From an uncultured Verrucomicrobiae bacterium (GTDB lineage: Bacteria > Chlamydiota > Chlamydiia > Chlamydiales > Rhabdochlamydiaceae): a stretch of DNA of 64,000 bases. How positions within the stretch are numbered: the first letter of the stretch is position 1; each line of letters begins with the position of its first letter. The DNA lies in the NCBI GenBank assembly GCA_963718565.1, contig OY970364.1:64001-128000 (forward strand). The letters run 5' to 3'. A program made the translations under genes and the position numbers. Positions 31,739 to 41,656 of this stretch are shown here, piece after piece. The notes below the pieces were generated by a model, which saw only the letters and a program-made list of their open reading frames with translations, had not been told where the DNA came from and made no database searches.

Positions 31739-32469
31739 TAGAGTTTGAAATCAGTCATTTCGTTGACGTGGATCGGTACTGCTGTTGCAAAGCCTTGTTT
31801 GAGCAAATACACATCGCTTTCCTCGTGCTCATCATGTTCATCCCATTTTCCGCCGTGCCAAAAATAAGAATGTCCTTCAGGGTGCAGGCGATGAGCAGGA
31901 TCTTCAATCCAATAACCTTTTCCTTGGCGGGCTAGTTTTAAGCCGCGGAGTTCTTGGACATCCGGGAAATTAACATTGAGTAATGTTCCTTGAGGAAGTG
32001 GATTTTCGATCAGATGCTTCACTAAGGGATAAATCAAATGTTGGACCTTTTTATAATCAGGATTTGTGAAATTGACGCACGAAAAAGCAATTCCTGGGAC
32101 ATTGCGTAAAGCGCCTTCGATCACAGCGCCAATTGTTCCGCTATAAAGGACGTTGCGGCCGGAATTTGCGCCGCGATTAATCCCGGAAACGATGAGGTCA
32201 GGAGGAGAATTTAAGATGACGCTCATTCCCATGCGGACACAGTCTGCCGGCGTCCCATTGATTTTCCAAGCTTTTGTCCCCCTTTCCCACTGCACTTGCT
32301 GAATCAGGATGGGATCTCGGACTGTGATTGCAAGCCCGACTCCTGACTTTTCTGTCATGGGGGCGATGATATAAAGTTCAGCGACATCGACGAGGGCTTC
32401 CCATAAATACTTCAAACCGTCCGCTTCAATGCCATCGTCATTAGTAATTAAAATTTTTGGCTTACTCAT
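31669..32469 (-). CDS. surE: 5'/3'-nucleotidase SurE
   Basis: Motifs ILITNDDGI, GTPADCV, SGINRGAN and YSGT. Confidence 0.96.
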   Translation of the reverse strand: MSKPKILITNDDGIEADGLKYLWEALVDVAELYIIAPMTEKSGVGLAITVRDPILIQQVQWERGTKAWKINGTPADCVRMGMSVILNSPPDLIVSGINRGANSGRNVLYSGTIGAVIEGALRNVPGIAFSCVNFTNPDYKKVQHLIYPLVKHLIENPLPQGTLLNVNFPDVQELRGLKLARQGKGYWIEDPAHRLHPEGHSYFWHGGKWDEHDEHEESDVYLLKQGFATAVPIHVNEMTDFKLYQERKSLFDEFFLCSLFLTRARS

Positions 32470-32518
32470 CTCAATTTCTTTCCGTAATAAAAGTTCATTT
32501 TAGCATAAAAAGATAAAG

Positions 32519-32572
32519 GAGGGAATTGCAAAACTCCTTGCTAGCAGAAAATCGATGGTTTTGGCACCTGTT
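32519..32572. repeat. Family B MITE left-end fragment
   Basis: gagggaattgcaaaactccttgctagcagaaaatcgatggttttggcacctgtt is the near reverse complement of 27409-27462. Confidence 0.8.
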
Positions 32573-32601
32573 TTTATTTTTAAGTTCTTAATCGCTAGTC
32601 T

Positions 32602-34038
32602 CTAATCGATTGCTGGCTGGGACTTGTGTTGAGTCAATTTAGAAACAACTAGGATGAGCAGGAAGCTGGATATGAAACCGGGAAGCATTGAGGGAACATT
32701 GATAGAAAAAAGGATGTTAAAATAAGGCCAGATTGCCGCGATAATCCCTCCGGATAAAATTCCTGCCCAAGCACCGTACTTGTTGATCCCTCGCCAATAG
32801 AGCGAGAGCAGTAGCAGCGGACCGAATGAAGAACCCAGACCCGACCAAGCGTAGAGCACAAGAGAATAAATCGAACTGAATTTTCCAAAAGCGATGATAA
32901 ACGCGATGATTGAGACTAGGATTACGCCAACTCTTGCAACGATAAGCAGTTCTTTTGAAGACGCCGTCTTGCGGAAAATGCGCTTGTAAAAGTCTTCTGT
33001 GATGGTTGAGGAAAGTACAAGCACTTGTGAGCTCATGGCATTGATTGTTGCGGCGAGAACAGCGCACAAGATGAATCCCACGAAGAATGGAGCGAAAGAG
33101 GATTTAACCATTTCGATAAAGACAAGCTCAGAATCGATAGTTTGTCCGGAAAAGAATGCGATGCCCACGAGTCCGACCAAAGTCGCTGCGCTCAAAGAGA
33201 GGAGCATCCAACTCATGCCAATATATTTGGACTTTGAAATTTCATGCACATTGCGGATTCCCATGAATTTTGTCACAATATGCGGCTGTCCAAAGTATCC
33301 TAATCCCCATCCGGCAGTCATGCCAATGATCTCTAAAATAGTCTTCGCTGAAAAGTCTGGAAACAATGACATTGTCAATTTTTTGACCTCAATCTCATGG
33401 GAGATTCCAGACCAGCCACCCACTTTTTTAAGGAGAAACAGCGGAACAAAAATGATGATGCCCATCAGGAAAAATCCTTGGAAAAGATCGATCCAGGCCA
33501 AGGTCACATATCCGCCTGTGAACACATAGGGGATAACGATGAAGACGCCGACCAATACTCCCCAATAGTAGTTCAAATGGAACAATGTCTCTAAAAGCAA
33601 GCCAAGGCCAACCAAGCCCGCGGAGATATAAATTGTATAAAATAGAAGCGATATAATTGCCGTAAATACACGGATTGTGCCGGAAGTATCTGCAAGCCGG
33701 CTTTCAAAAAAAGAGGAAAAAGTCAGACTGTTGTACTGTTCTGTAGCAATGCGGATTTTTGGAGCAATCAGCTGCCAGTTCAAATACATGAACACCAAAA
33801 GACCGACCGCCGACCAGGCATTGAACAGTCCCCCTGTAAAGACGACAGCAGGGTACCCCATGAACAGCCAGCTGCTCATATCGCTTGCGTGCGCTGCCAG
33901 CGCTGTCAACCAGTAATTCATTGAGCGAGCGCCGATGATGAAATCCGCAGCGGAGAGATGCCTTCGATAGGAAAAAAATCCAATCGTAAGCAAAATCGCA
34001 AAATAGCAGAGCACCGCAAGGAGTTCTTCAACGTACAT
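32602..34038 (-). CDS. putP: Sodium/proline symporter
   Basis: Motifs ALAAHASDMSSWLFMG.P, WGLGYFGQPHI and AWSGLGSSFGP. Confidence 0.9.
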   Translation of the reverse strand: MYVEELLAVLCYFAILLTIGFFSYRRHLSAADFIIGARSMNYWLTALAAHASDMSSWLFMGYPAVVFTGGLFNAWSAVGLLVFMYLNWQLIAPKIRIATEQYNSLTFSSFFESRLADTSGTIRVFTAIISLLFYTIYISAGLVGLGLLLETLFHLNYYWGVLVGVFIVIPYVFTGGYVTLAWIDLFQGFFLMGIIIFVPLFLLKKVGGWSGISHEIEVKKLTMSLFPDFSAKTILEIIGMTAGWGLGYFGQPHIVTKFMGIRNVHEISKSKYIGMSWMLLSLSAATLVGLVGIAFFSGQTIDSELVFIEMVKSSFAPFFVGFILCAVLAATINAMSSQVLVLSSTITEDFYKRIFRKTASSKELLIVARVGVILVSIIAFIIAFGKFSSIYSLVLYAWSGLGSSFGPLLLLSLYWRGINKYGAWAGILSGGIIAAIWPYFNILFSINVPSMLPGFISSFLLILVVSKLTQHKSQPAID

Positions 34039-34131
34039 ATCGTCCTACAAGGCAAGAAAGATTCATCGCTTTCCAATTACTCAACATATCAGGTTAGCGA
34101 AATATTGAAAAATCTGATCTGAGAGTCTGTT

Positions 34132-34152
34132 GAGGGGTTTTGCAATTCCCTC
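34132..34152. repeat. Family B terminal repeat (right-end orientation)
   Basis: gaggggttttgcaattccctc lies next to the ttcA stop codon. Confidence 0.7.
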
Positions 34153-34153
34153 T

Positions 34154-34912
34154 TTATTTATTCAAGGCTTTCCGCGAACCATATTGTATTGAGGAATAAC
34201 TTAAGTTTTCCCGAGTATTGGGAAACTCTTTTTCTAACATGGCAATCAAGTCTTTGGTCTTCTTTCGCATCGAATTTTGGCCTACAGGGCATTGACAAAC
34301 TATACGGTTAAACCCATACATTGTTGCAAATTCTCGGATCTCCTCTTCGGAGATATAAATGAACGGGCGGATAATAGTCACACCGTAATTTTGCATAGGA
34401 ACTTTTGGCAGCATCGCGGCAAATTCGCCCTTATGCAATAAATTCATCAGAAGAGTTTGCACGCTGTCGTCGCGGTGGTGCCCAAAAGCAACCGTAGTCG
34501 CTCCCACTTTCTTGGCGGCTTCAAAGATTAAGGTCCGCCTTTCTCGGGAACAACTATAACATTCCAGATTTTCTCTTTCCTGTTTGGAAGAGCAATTCAG
34601 AAACGTCACTCCCAGCTCGTTGCAAATTCCTTTTAAAAAATTCTCACCGACGCCGGCCCCGCAAGAAAAAGCCCCGCTGACATGGATCGCATAAAGCTCA
34701 AGCTCGGGCAGACCTCTTCCGGAGATCGCCTTGAGCAAATACAGCAAACTCAAACTATCCTTGCCCCCACTCAAAGCGATTGCAAGCTTTTTCACATCTT
34801 TGAGGAGCTCAAATTCATAAATTGCTTTGCGGCACATGCTTTCCAGTTTGCCGCCGAGATGGGTCCATGGAGGACGAGCAATGGGAAGGTGTAAACTTAA
34901 TATTTGGTTCAT
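34154..34912 (-). CDS. ttcA: tRNA 2-thiocytidine biosynthesis protein TtcA
   Basis: PP-loop SGGKDS; motifs CYSC.R.RR, GHHRDD, IIRP and CP. Confidence 0.88.
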   Translation of the reverse strand: MNQILSLHLPIARPPWTHLGGKLESMCRKAIYEFELLKDVKKLAIALSGGKDSLSLLYLLKAISGRGLPELELYAIHVSGAFSCGAGVGENFLKGICNELGVTFLNCSSKQERENLECYSCSRERRTLIFEAAKKVGATTVAFGHHRDDSVQTLLMNLLHKGEFAAMLPKVPMQNYGVTIIRPFIYISEEEIREFATMYGFNRIVCQCPVGQNSMRKKTKDLIAMLEKEFPNTRENLSYSSIQYGSRKALNK

Positions 34913-35025
34913 ATCCTTTAAAAATGAGAGCTGATTATACTTTTTTGCCCATTAACCTCTCTATGTTTTTACTAGACTTGAATCAATTTTTTACGATATT
35001 CTGACCGATTTTGAAGAGGTTTTAA

Positions 35026-35253
35026 ATGCAAAAAGTTGGAAGAAACGATCCCTGTCCTTGCGGGTCGGGTAAGAAATACAAAAAATGCTGTGAGCTGAAG
35101 CAGAAGCACAAAAAGCTGACTGCCGATGCCGTCTCAGCATCAGCCCCACAATCCGCCGCGACTCAGGAGACATCCAAAGTTTCTTCCCTTTTTTTTAAGC
35201 GCGCCTCGGCGCCCAAAGCTCCTCCTGAAGAACCTCCCAATCCAATCATGTGA
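35026..35253 (+). CDS. SEC-C motif protein
   Basis: [20 protein letters not shown]. Confidence 0.85.
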   Translation: MQKVGRNDPCPCGSGKKYKKCCELKQKHKKLTADAVSASAPQSAATQETSKVSSLFFKRASAPKAPPEEPPNPIM

Positions 35254-35300
35254 AATTCTTGAGAATAAAGCAGGCCTGTGTTAAACTTTCCATCTCTTAT

Positions 35301-35372
35301 GCTGGTGTAGCTCAATGGTAGAGCATCCGCCTTGTAAGCGGACGGTTGAGGGTTCAAGTCCTTTCGCCAGCA
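35301..35372 (+). tRNA. tRNA-Thr(TGT)
   Basis: gctggtg…cgccagca; anticodon arm tccgc-ctTGTaa-gcgga. Confidence 0.95.
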
Positions 35373-35390
35373 TCTTTTTTCTTCCGCATC

Positions 35391-35472
35391 GGGGGTGTCG
35401 CATAGTGGCAATTGCAAGGGACTGTAAATCCCTCGTCTTCGGACTACGCTGGTTCGAGTCCAGCCGCCCCCA
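35391..35472 (+). tRNA. tRNA-Tyr(GTA)
   Basis: gggggtg…cgccccca; anticodon arm aggga-ctGTAaa-tccct; long variable arm. Confidence 0.95.
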
Positions 35473-35478
35473 TAAGAA

Positions 35479-35504
35479 AAAATACCCGCTAACGCGGGTA
35501 TTTT
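35479..35504 (+). terminator. Intrinsic terminator after the tRNA pair
   Basis: aaaatacccgc-taac-gcgggtatttt. Confidence 0.75.
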
Positions 35505-35798
35505 CATTTATGGGGGCGAAGCAAGTGCCCTTTGGCACTTGCGTCTGGACTCGAAGTGAGAGAGCCTGCGACCGAACCGGAACGCTCTTTCGCCGAAGAA
35601 CGGCGAAAGAGGAGCCAGCCGCCCCCATTCTCTCTATGGAAATTGTCTTAAAATCAGATCAAATTTGATCCCAAAATAAACCCCTAATGGGGTGCTCAAG
35701 GGACAGCAATACTCGACAAATTCCCTTTCTGGGAAAAACTCTCAGTGGTCTAAAAGATCGAATGCTGTTAAAATCCATCCTTTACTTTAGGCCTCTGA

Positions 35799-36128
35799 AT
35801 GAACAGTTATTCCATTCCATCTAACATACAGAACCGTATTATTCTTTATACAGCGGCTGATGGAAAAGTCACTGCTGATGTCATCTTTGCTGAGGAGACA
35901 TTTTGGTTGACTCAACGTTCTATGGCTGAGTTATTTGGAGTGAATATACCGGCGATTTCAAAACATCTAAAAAATATTTATGAAAGTAAGGAGCTAAGCC
36001 CTGAGGCAACTATTTCCAAAATGGAAACAGTTCAAATGGAGGGGCAACGTCAAGTCGCACGGGAAGTTGAGGTTTATAACCTAGACGCGGCAATTGCAGT
36101 GGGGCGTTTTCTTACAGATGTTTCATAG
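35799..36128 (+). pseudogene. RhuM/virulence-family protein, N-terminal fragment
   Basis: Motifs FWLTQRSMAELFGV..PAISKHLKNIY and YNLDAAIAVG; truncated. Confidence 0.8.
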
Positions 36129-36305
36129 TATTTTTTCTTGATTTCTTCTGGCAGTGTTTCATAGGCACGTTGTAAAAAAGAACATAGCTCTTCGAGAAAA
36201 AGATATCGTGGATTGAACTGAAAGACCCTTGTTTTTCCTACTAGAGTGCTAGCAAGGACGCCACCTCTTTCAAGGCGTAGTAGCGCTTGCTGCATCGGTG
36301 AAAGG
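36074..36305 (-). pseudogene. Winged-helix regulator C-terminal fragment, cut at the IS607 left end
   Basis: LLRLERGGVL.S..VGKTRVFQFNPRY.FLEEL; N-terminus is missing. Confidence 0.55.
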
Positions 36306-36358
36306 GGCTTGTAACAGAATCCCTTGAACTTATTCAAACCTGATTATATATTATCAGA

Positions 36359-36781
36359 ATGAACAAGTTTTTAAGCATTCAGGAAGCAGCAAAATGTTTG
36401 GGAGTTTCTCCACAAACACTCCGCCGATGGGAAAGACACAAGAAAATCGTTTCCTGTCATCGCATACAGGGCAGCCAACGCCGCTATAGTCTCACTCAGT
36501 TACAGCCATTTAATTGCGGAGATAAAACCTCTGATCGTCTAACTGTTGCCTACGCAAGAGTTTCGAGTCATGATCAAAAAGAAGATTTACAACGACAAGT
36601 CCATATGTTAGAAATTTACTGCTTTGCAAAAGGATGGGTGTTTTCGGTAACCAAAGACCTCGGTTCCGGGATGAACTATAATAAACGTGGGCTAAAACAA
36701 CTGCTTGAGCAAAATGGTTCAAGAAGCCATAAGAACAAACAGCTTTTGGCCAACCTTCAAAATGCGGTCGCCAATGTCTAA
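36359..36781 (+). pseudogene. tnpA: IS607 serine transposase TnpA with an internal in-frame deletion
   Basis: Motifs EAAKCLGVS.QTLRRW, YARVSSHDQKEDL and DLGSGMNY are present, then the sequence jumps to GSRS. The DRL.R segment is missing; 140 aa. Confidence 0.8.
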
Positions 36782-38240
36782 AGAGAATCTGGTTCTTAAG
36801 CTGAGAATTGAAGCAGACCCTCAAACAATTTCTGAGCTCGATGGGCAATCGCGGATCTGTAATTGGCTTTATAATCATCTGCTAGAAAAAAGCCTGGAAC
36901 TCAAGCGGGAATTTATCCATTCCGGCAACCCGGAGGCATCAAAGACCCTCTATACAGAAAGAGGACTCAGAAATGAACTTCCAAAACTCAAGGAAGAGCA
37001 CCCCTTTCTAAAAGTCGTCCACTCTTCTCCATTAAAAAATACCGCTTTGAGACTTAGTGAAGCAATCCGGGTTCATCAAAAATCAAAAAAAGGAAAACGG
37101 AAAGGCAAACAGATGGGTTGGCCCAAATTTCGGGCCTGGAAACGGGACTGGTTTTCTCTTTTTTACGATGAACCAGAAAAAGGTTTCAAGATTCACGGCA
37201 AAGCCTTGTTCCTCTCCCTTGGAATGGGCCAGGACCGCAAGCGCCGCTTCCTCACTCTCGAATTACCCGAAGCACATCTCCTCAAAGACAAAACCCCACG
37301 CAACTTGCGCATTATCTCCGAACTGGGAACCTACTATGCCATTTTTACCATTCAGAAAGAACTCCCCATCCGAAAACCCATTTCTAAAATCCTCGCACTC
37401 GATCCCAATCACAAAAATCTCGCCTATGGTGTTGACACAAGTGGAACAGCCATTGAGATTGCATCTCCTCACTGGCTCAAAACTTACGATAAACGCCTGG
37501 ACGAACTAAAAAGTAAAAGAGACCGCTGTGATAAAAAATCTAAAAAATTCCATGTTCTGGATGAAAAAGGCAATCCCACAAGAAAAGAATTCCATCTTCC
37601 TTCCAGGCAATGGAGAAAATACGATCATGCCCTAAAAAGCGCACTGCGTAAACGCCGAGAACAGACCAAGACGTTTATGTTTACAAGCGCACATCGCCTT
37701 TTCCGAAATTACGACTGCATTGGAATCGGAGACTATACACCAAATGGCGAAGGCATTACTAAACCAATGCGGCGAGCGATGAATAACCGATCCTTGATTG
37801 GACGTTGGAAAAACACCCTCTCCTGGGTAGCTCGAAAATCGGGAAAAACCTTTATTGAATTCGACGAGAAAGGGACAACCCGGACCTGTAGCCACTGCCT
37901 GCGGATTGAAGAGCGGGGAATCCCTGTCTCATTGAGACAATGGCAATGTCCACAGTGCAAGACCGTTCACATTCGCGACGAGAATGCCGCAATTAATGGC
38001 TTGAGAAAGATCTTGCGAGATCTTTCAGCAAAAAATGAAGGAGGATATCCTTCAATAGTGTCTGGCTCAGACCTCGCTTTTATCCAAAAGCGATGGGCCT
38101 GGTGTGTTTTGCCTAATGGTGTACATGTGACACCGTGGGGGCAAGACAGCAAAGCAATTTGCAGCACCAGGAAATTAAACCGAGGGCATGATAGCCCTCG
38201 ATCAAAAGTTGATAATTTGGTTATATATGATCAGGTTTGA
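36774..38240 (+). CDS. tnpB: RNA-guided endonuclease TnpB (rearranged RuvC type)
   Basis: N-terminal KLRI…CNWLYN; GWPKFR; RuvC-I LALDP; zinc finger CSHC/CPQC; RuvC-III RDENAAIN. Confidence 0.9.
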   Translation: MSKENLVLKLRIEADPQTISELDGQSRICNWLYNHLLEKSLELKREFIHSGNPEASKTLYTERGLRNELPKLKEEHPFLKVVHSSPLKNTALRLSEAIRVHQKSKKGKRKGKQMGWPKFRAWKRDWFSLFYDEPEKGFKIHGKALFLSLGMGQDRKRRFLTLELPEAHLLKDKTPRNLRIISELGTYYAIFTIQKELPIRKPISKILALDPNHKNLAYGVDTSGTAIEIASPHWLKTYDKRLDELKSKRDRCDKKSKKFHVLDEKGNPTRKEFHLPSRQWRKYDHALKSALRKRREQTKTFMFTSAHRLFRNYDCIGIGDYTPNGEGITKPMRRAMNNRSLIGRWKNTLSWVARKSGKTFIEFDEKGTTRTCSHCLRIEERGIPVSLRQWQCPQCKTVHIRDENAAINGLRKILRDLSAKNEGGYPSIVSGSDLAFIQKRWAWCVLPNGVHVTPWGQDSKAICSTRKLNRGHDSPRSKVDNLVIYDQV

Positions 38241-38281
38241 TCAAGTTTTGAAGAGCGGGATGATTATTGCGAAATACTCTC

Positions 38282-40702
38282 CTATTGTGAGAGGATTTCA
38301 ATTCCGCTGATTTTAGGATTTTCGATAACTTTAATAAAGTTTATCTCAATATTGTTATTTGTGACGTTTACAGGAAAACTAAGGTCTAAAGGCTTTGCAA
38401 ACCCAACTTCTTTAAATATATCCAGATTTGAAATAACGTTTACCCCATTAATATTTACACCAAATACACGTAACCCTGCAGCATGAAAATAGATTTCTGC
38501 AAACTTTAAAATAACATATTTAGGTCCATTCGAAACAGGTATGTTATATGAAAAATCGCCATATCGCTCTGTTGTATAAACTCCAAGGCAAGTTGGCAAA
38601 GTAGTAATCAGTTTTGTTTGACCACCTGAATAATACTGATCAGCTTGCCAAGTTACACCGGTACACGAGTCTGTAAGTACATTACCACCAGTATTTATAT
38701 AATAGCTGCTTAAGGCGTTATTTGCCGTTACGGTCACAACACTTTGAGCGGAATTGCCCGCATTGTTATATGCAATTGCTTTAAGCGTATGCTGGCCATT
38801 TGATAACTCAGTTGTATCAAGTGTAGCTGTATAAGGTGCAGCTTTATCTGATACTATCAATGTAGAATCTACATAAAAATCTACATGTGTAATCATTCCT
38901 ACCGGATCTGAAGCATTAGCTGTGATAGTAATTTTACCACTCACTGTCGCGCCATTTGCAGGCGAAGTAATGCTCACATTTGGAATGTCTGTTGAAGAAT
39001 GCGTTAGGCTAGCAAATAAATTGGCTCCATTAAAAGAACCCCATCCCGAAGCATTATCATAACCTGGACCAGCTTGATAAAATAAATTGTTGCCCATTGT
39101 AATATCATGATAATCCAGTGTCTGTGAGGCTGCTGTAGTCCCGATAGTATAAAGTGGGGGATTCGCAAACCCTAATACCGACATCGCAGCAGCCTGGCGC
39201 TGCTCGTTAACAAGAGCGGTAAAGGCCGCCCAGAGAGGAGCTGCACAACTTGTACCACCATATATCGACCATTGCCCATTATAAAAAATGGCATAGCCCT
39301 TATGTTGATCTGCATTTAACGAAATATCAGGTACATTTCGATTGGTCTTTGAATATACGGTAGAGACGTTTGTTTGCCATGAAGGGATTGGCCATACGCT
39401 GCTCACACCGCCTCCGCCAGCTCCATTGCCAAGGCCGTCGTTCCAGACCGCTTCAGTCGCATAAGCGCCAGTGGTTGCATTCACGGTAAGGCTGGTCCCT
39501 CCAACTCCAACCATGTAAGGTTGAGAAGCTGGATCATTCACTACAAGATTCATATTATTGGGATAATCATCATAGGCGCCGCTATCACCAGCAGCAGCAT
39601 AAATGGTCTGCCCTTGAGCGGCCATCTGCTGAAAAATTGCGTTCTCTGCTTGAAGACTTTGCGAGCCTGCTTCATCTTCTCCCAATCCCCAGGAGGTGCT
39701 CACTTGTTTGGCTATGTTGTCTGTAGCAATCCGATTATATGTATCGAGAACGCCTTGACTGCTATTGGGGCCTTCGTATACGTAAACCTGACTCTGCGGA
39801 GCTAACGCCAGCACAAGCTCTATGTCAAGAGCTACTTCAGGATCAGGAACATTACCTGAACCGCCATCAACTAAAACATTTGTCAAATTAGCAGAGGGCA
39901 GGCCAAAATAGGTCGTATATGCAGTGATATCGCTTGCTAGGTATGCCCCAAGCTCAAATAGAGCAACCTTTTGACCAGAACCGTTTGCTGATACTCCGTT
40001 GAGATTATAAGCTGTCTTGACATCGTTGGGAGCGTAACCCCCTCCTGGGCCAGAAGGAAATGATGAAGCGTTTGGAGCATCTAACATTTCTTTGCTTATC
40101 TCTTGACGCCGATTGTAAGCATGCCAAACAGCAGAGTTGTCTAGACCCACGATCCCCTTGATGATGGAAGCGATGGCAGCAGGAACTTCAGGCTCATCAT
40201 CAGGAGCATAAAATTTCCGGCCGTTGGTTTGTTGGTACATATTGAGCTTGAGTTGAAAAGCGGCTTCAACAGATTTTGTAGGTCCACTCACATTCAGCAG
40301 TGTGCGATTAGGATGTGTACCGATAACATCCAAGCCTAATTCTTTAGCATAAGCAATGATTGCATCGTAATCCTCCTGAGTTGGAGCAAAATTCTTGATA
40401 AATTCTGCAGAGGTCAAATACTTGCCATAATGTTGCTGGTCAGCGGGATCATTGATCTGTTGGATGAGCCTCTCCAATGCTTTTTGGTTGCGCAAAGGCA
40501 AGACAAAGGTAATCGGAACAGGCGTATTGACATCAAGATGTTCCTTGAAAACAGCTTGGGATACTGCCTTGCTCGGAACATGACCTGAAAGTCTTACAGT
40601 GGATTGGTTAGAAGTTTTATCCAATGCAACACCTATATTTAGTGTGAGCATCAGCATAAATACCATCAGGTATCTTAAACATCCTAAGACGCTATTTTTC
40701 AT
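38282..40702 (-). CDS. Secreted S53 (sedolisin/kumamolisin) peptidase with Ig-like (Big) and malectin domains
   Basis: Signal peptide; pro-domain YGKYLT..EF...F.P; EVALD, AAAGDSG, GGTSCAAP and GYD.ASGWG; ITSPANGATVSG Ig domain; ERYG/FAEIY/RVF malectin motifs. Confidence 0.88.
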   Translation of the reverse strand: MKNSVLGCLRYLMVFMLMLTLNIGVALDKTSNQSTVRLSGHVPSKAVSQAVFKEHLDVNTPVPITFVLPLRNQKALERLIQQINDPADQQHYGKYLTSAEFIKNFAPTQEDYDAIIAYAKELGLDVIGTHPNRTLLNVSGPTKSVEAAFQLKLNMYQQTNGRKFYAPDDEPEVPAAIASIIKGIVGLDNSAVWHAYNRRQEISKEMLDAPNASSFPSGPGGGYAPNDVKTAYNLNGVSANGSGQKVALFELGAYLASDITAYTTYFGLPSANLTNVLVDGGSGNVPDPEVALDIELVLALAPQSQVYVYEGPNSSQGVLDTYNRIATDNIAKQVSTSWGLGEDEAGSQSLQAENAIFQQMAAQGQTIYAAAGDSGAYDDYPNNMNLVVNDPASQPYMVGVGGTSLTVNATTGAYATEAVWNDGLGNGAGGGGVSSVWPIPSWQTNVSTVYSKTNRNVPDISLNADQHKGYAIFYNGQWSIYGGTSCAAPLWAAFTALVNEQRQAAAMSVLGFANPPLYTIGTTAASQTLDYHDITMGNNLFYQAGPGYDNASGWGSFNGANLFASLTHSSTDIPNVSITSPANGATVSGKITITANASDPVGMITHVDFYVDSTLIVSDKAAPYTATLDTTELSNGQHTLKAIAYNNAGNSAQSVVTVTANNALSSYYINTGGNVLTDSCTGVTWQADQYYSGGQTKLITTLPTCLGVYTTERYGDFSYNIPVSNGPKYVILKFAEIYFHAAGLRVFGVNINGVNVISNLDIFKEVGFAKPLDLSFPVNVTNNNIEINFIKVIENPKISGIEILSQ

Positions 40703-41656
40703 ACTAGGCCTCCCTTGTTTTAAAAATAGACTGCATGACACTTAAAAAACTCAAGGCTAACTCGAAAAAAAATATTTTGCAAAATATTTTCTGATTGATT
40801 GAAAAAAAATCTGACCTGGAATTTTCAACCCCTGCTCATGGAGCAGTGAAAGTGAGAATCAGGTAAAAGGTTTTACTTAATTCTCGTCAAAATCTGTCCA
40901 ACCTCCGCCAACCACCTCAGACACTGCCGGCAGAAATTAGCTGGTTTCATAATTGACATGTTCCCATAATCTGGTCATAAGACTAAGAAGCAACGTTCAG
41001 CTTATGGTTGGAATAAAGCTATGAGATTGGTTTACTTCTTATTCGGGATCAATCTTTTGTTAACCGAGAATTTGCTTTTTGCCAAGCACGAGAAAATGCA
41101 ATCTTACTCACAAGCATCTCAGGATCGATTTGTTTATTTTCTCCTCTATGAACTTCTTGATAAACAAGATGATGGATATTATCTCGAAATTGGTGCTGGG
41201 CATCCGATTAACGGCAACAACTCATACTTATTCGAGAAAAATCTAGGCTGGAAAGGGGTTAGCATAGATATAGACAAAGCATCCAAGAAGATCTGGTATT
41301 CTGTTCGACAAAACCCTTTGCTTATTGAAGATGCTACGCAATCTGATTATAAATCGATTTTAGAACCCTTTCCCCAGGTTATCGATTACCTTTCACTAGA
41401 TATCGATAGCAACTATGACATTGTCCTGCAGAGGATGCCTTTTAATGATCATATTTTCAAAATCATAACCATTGAGCATGACTTCTATAGATTCGGCGAT
41501 AAGTACAAAAGAGATGAACGGATGATTCTTACATCATTGGGTTATTATCTGCTTTGTCCGGATGTATGCGCTGCCCCCCAAAAACTGGACACTGGAATAA
41601 GAAATTAAATCGAGTGTAAAGTTTTTCTCTAAAAAAACAAAAAGGAGAAAAACATT

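Larger units (their letters stand above)
36306..38259 (+). mobile_element. IS607-family element (tnpA + tnpB); boundaries approximate
   Basis: MerR-HTH serine recombinase overlapping tnpB. The motif tcaaacctgat(t/c)atata occurs inverted near both ends (36334-50 and 38224-40). Confidence 0.8.

Noticed and set aside
35163..35668. ORFs of 114-117 aa
   Set aside because: They overlap tRNA-Thr and tRNA-Tyr and are spurious.
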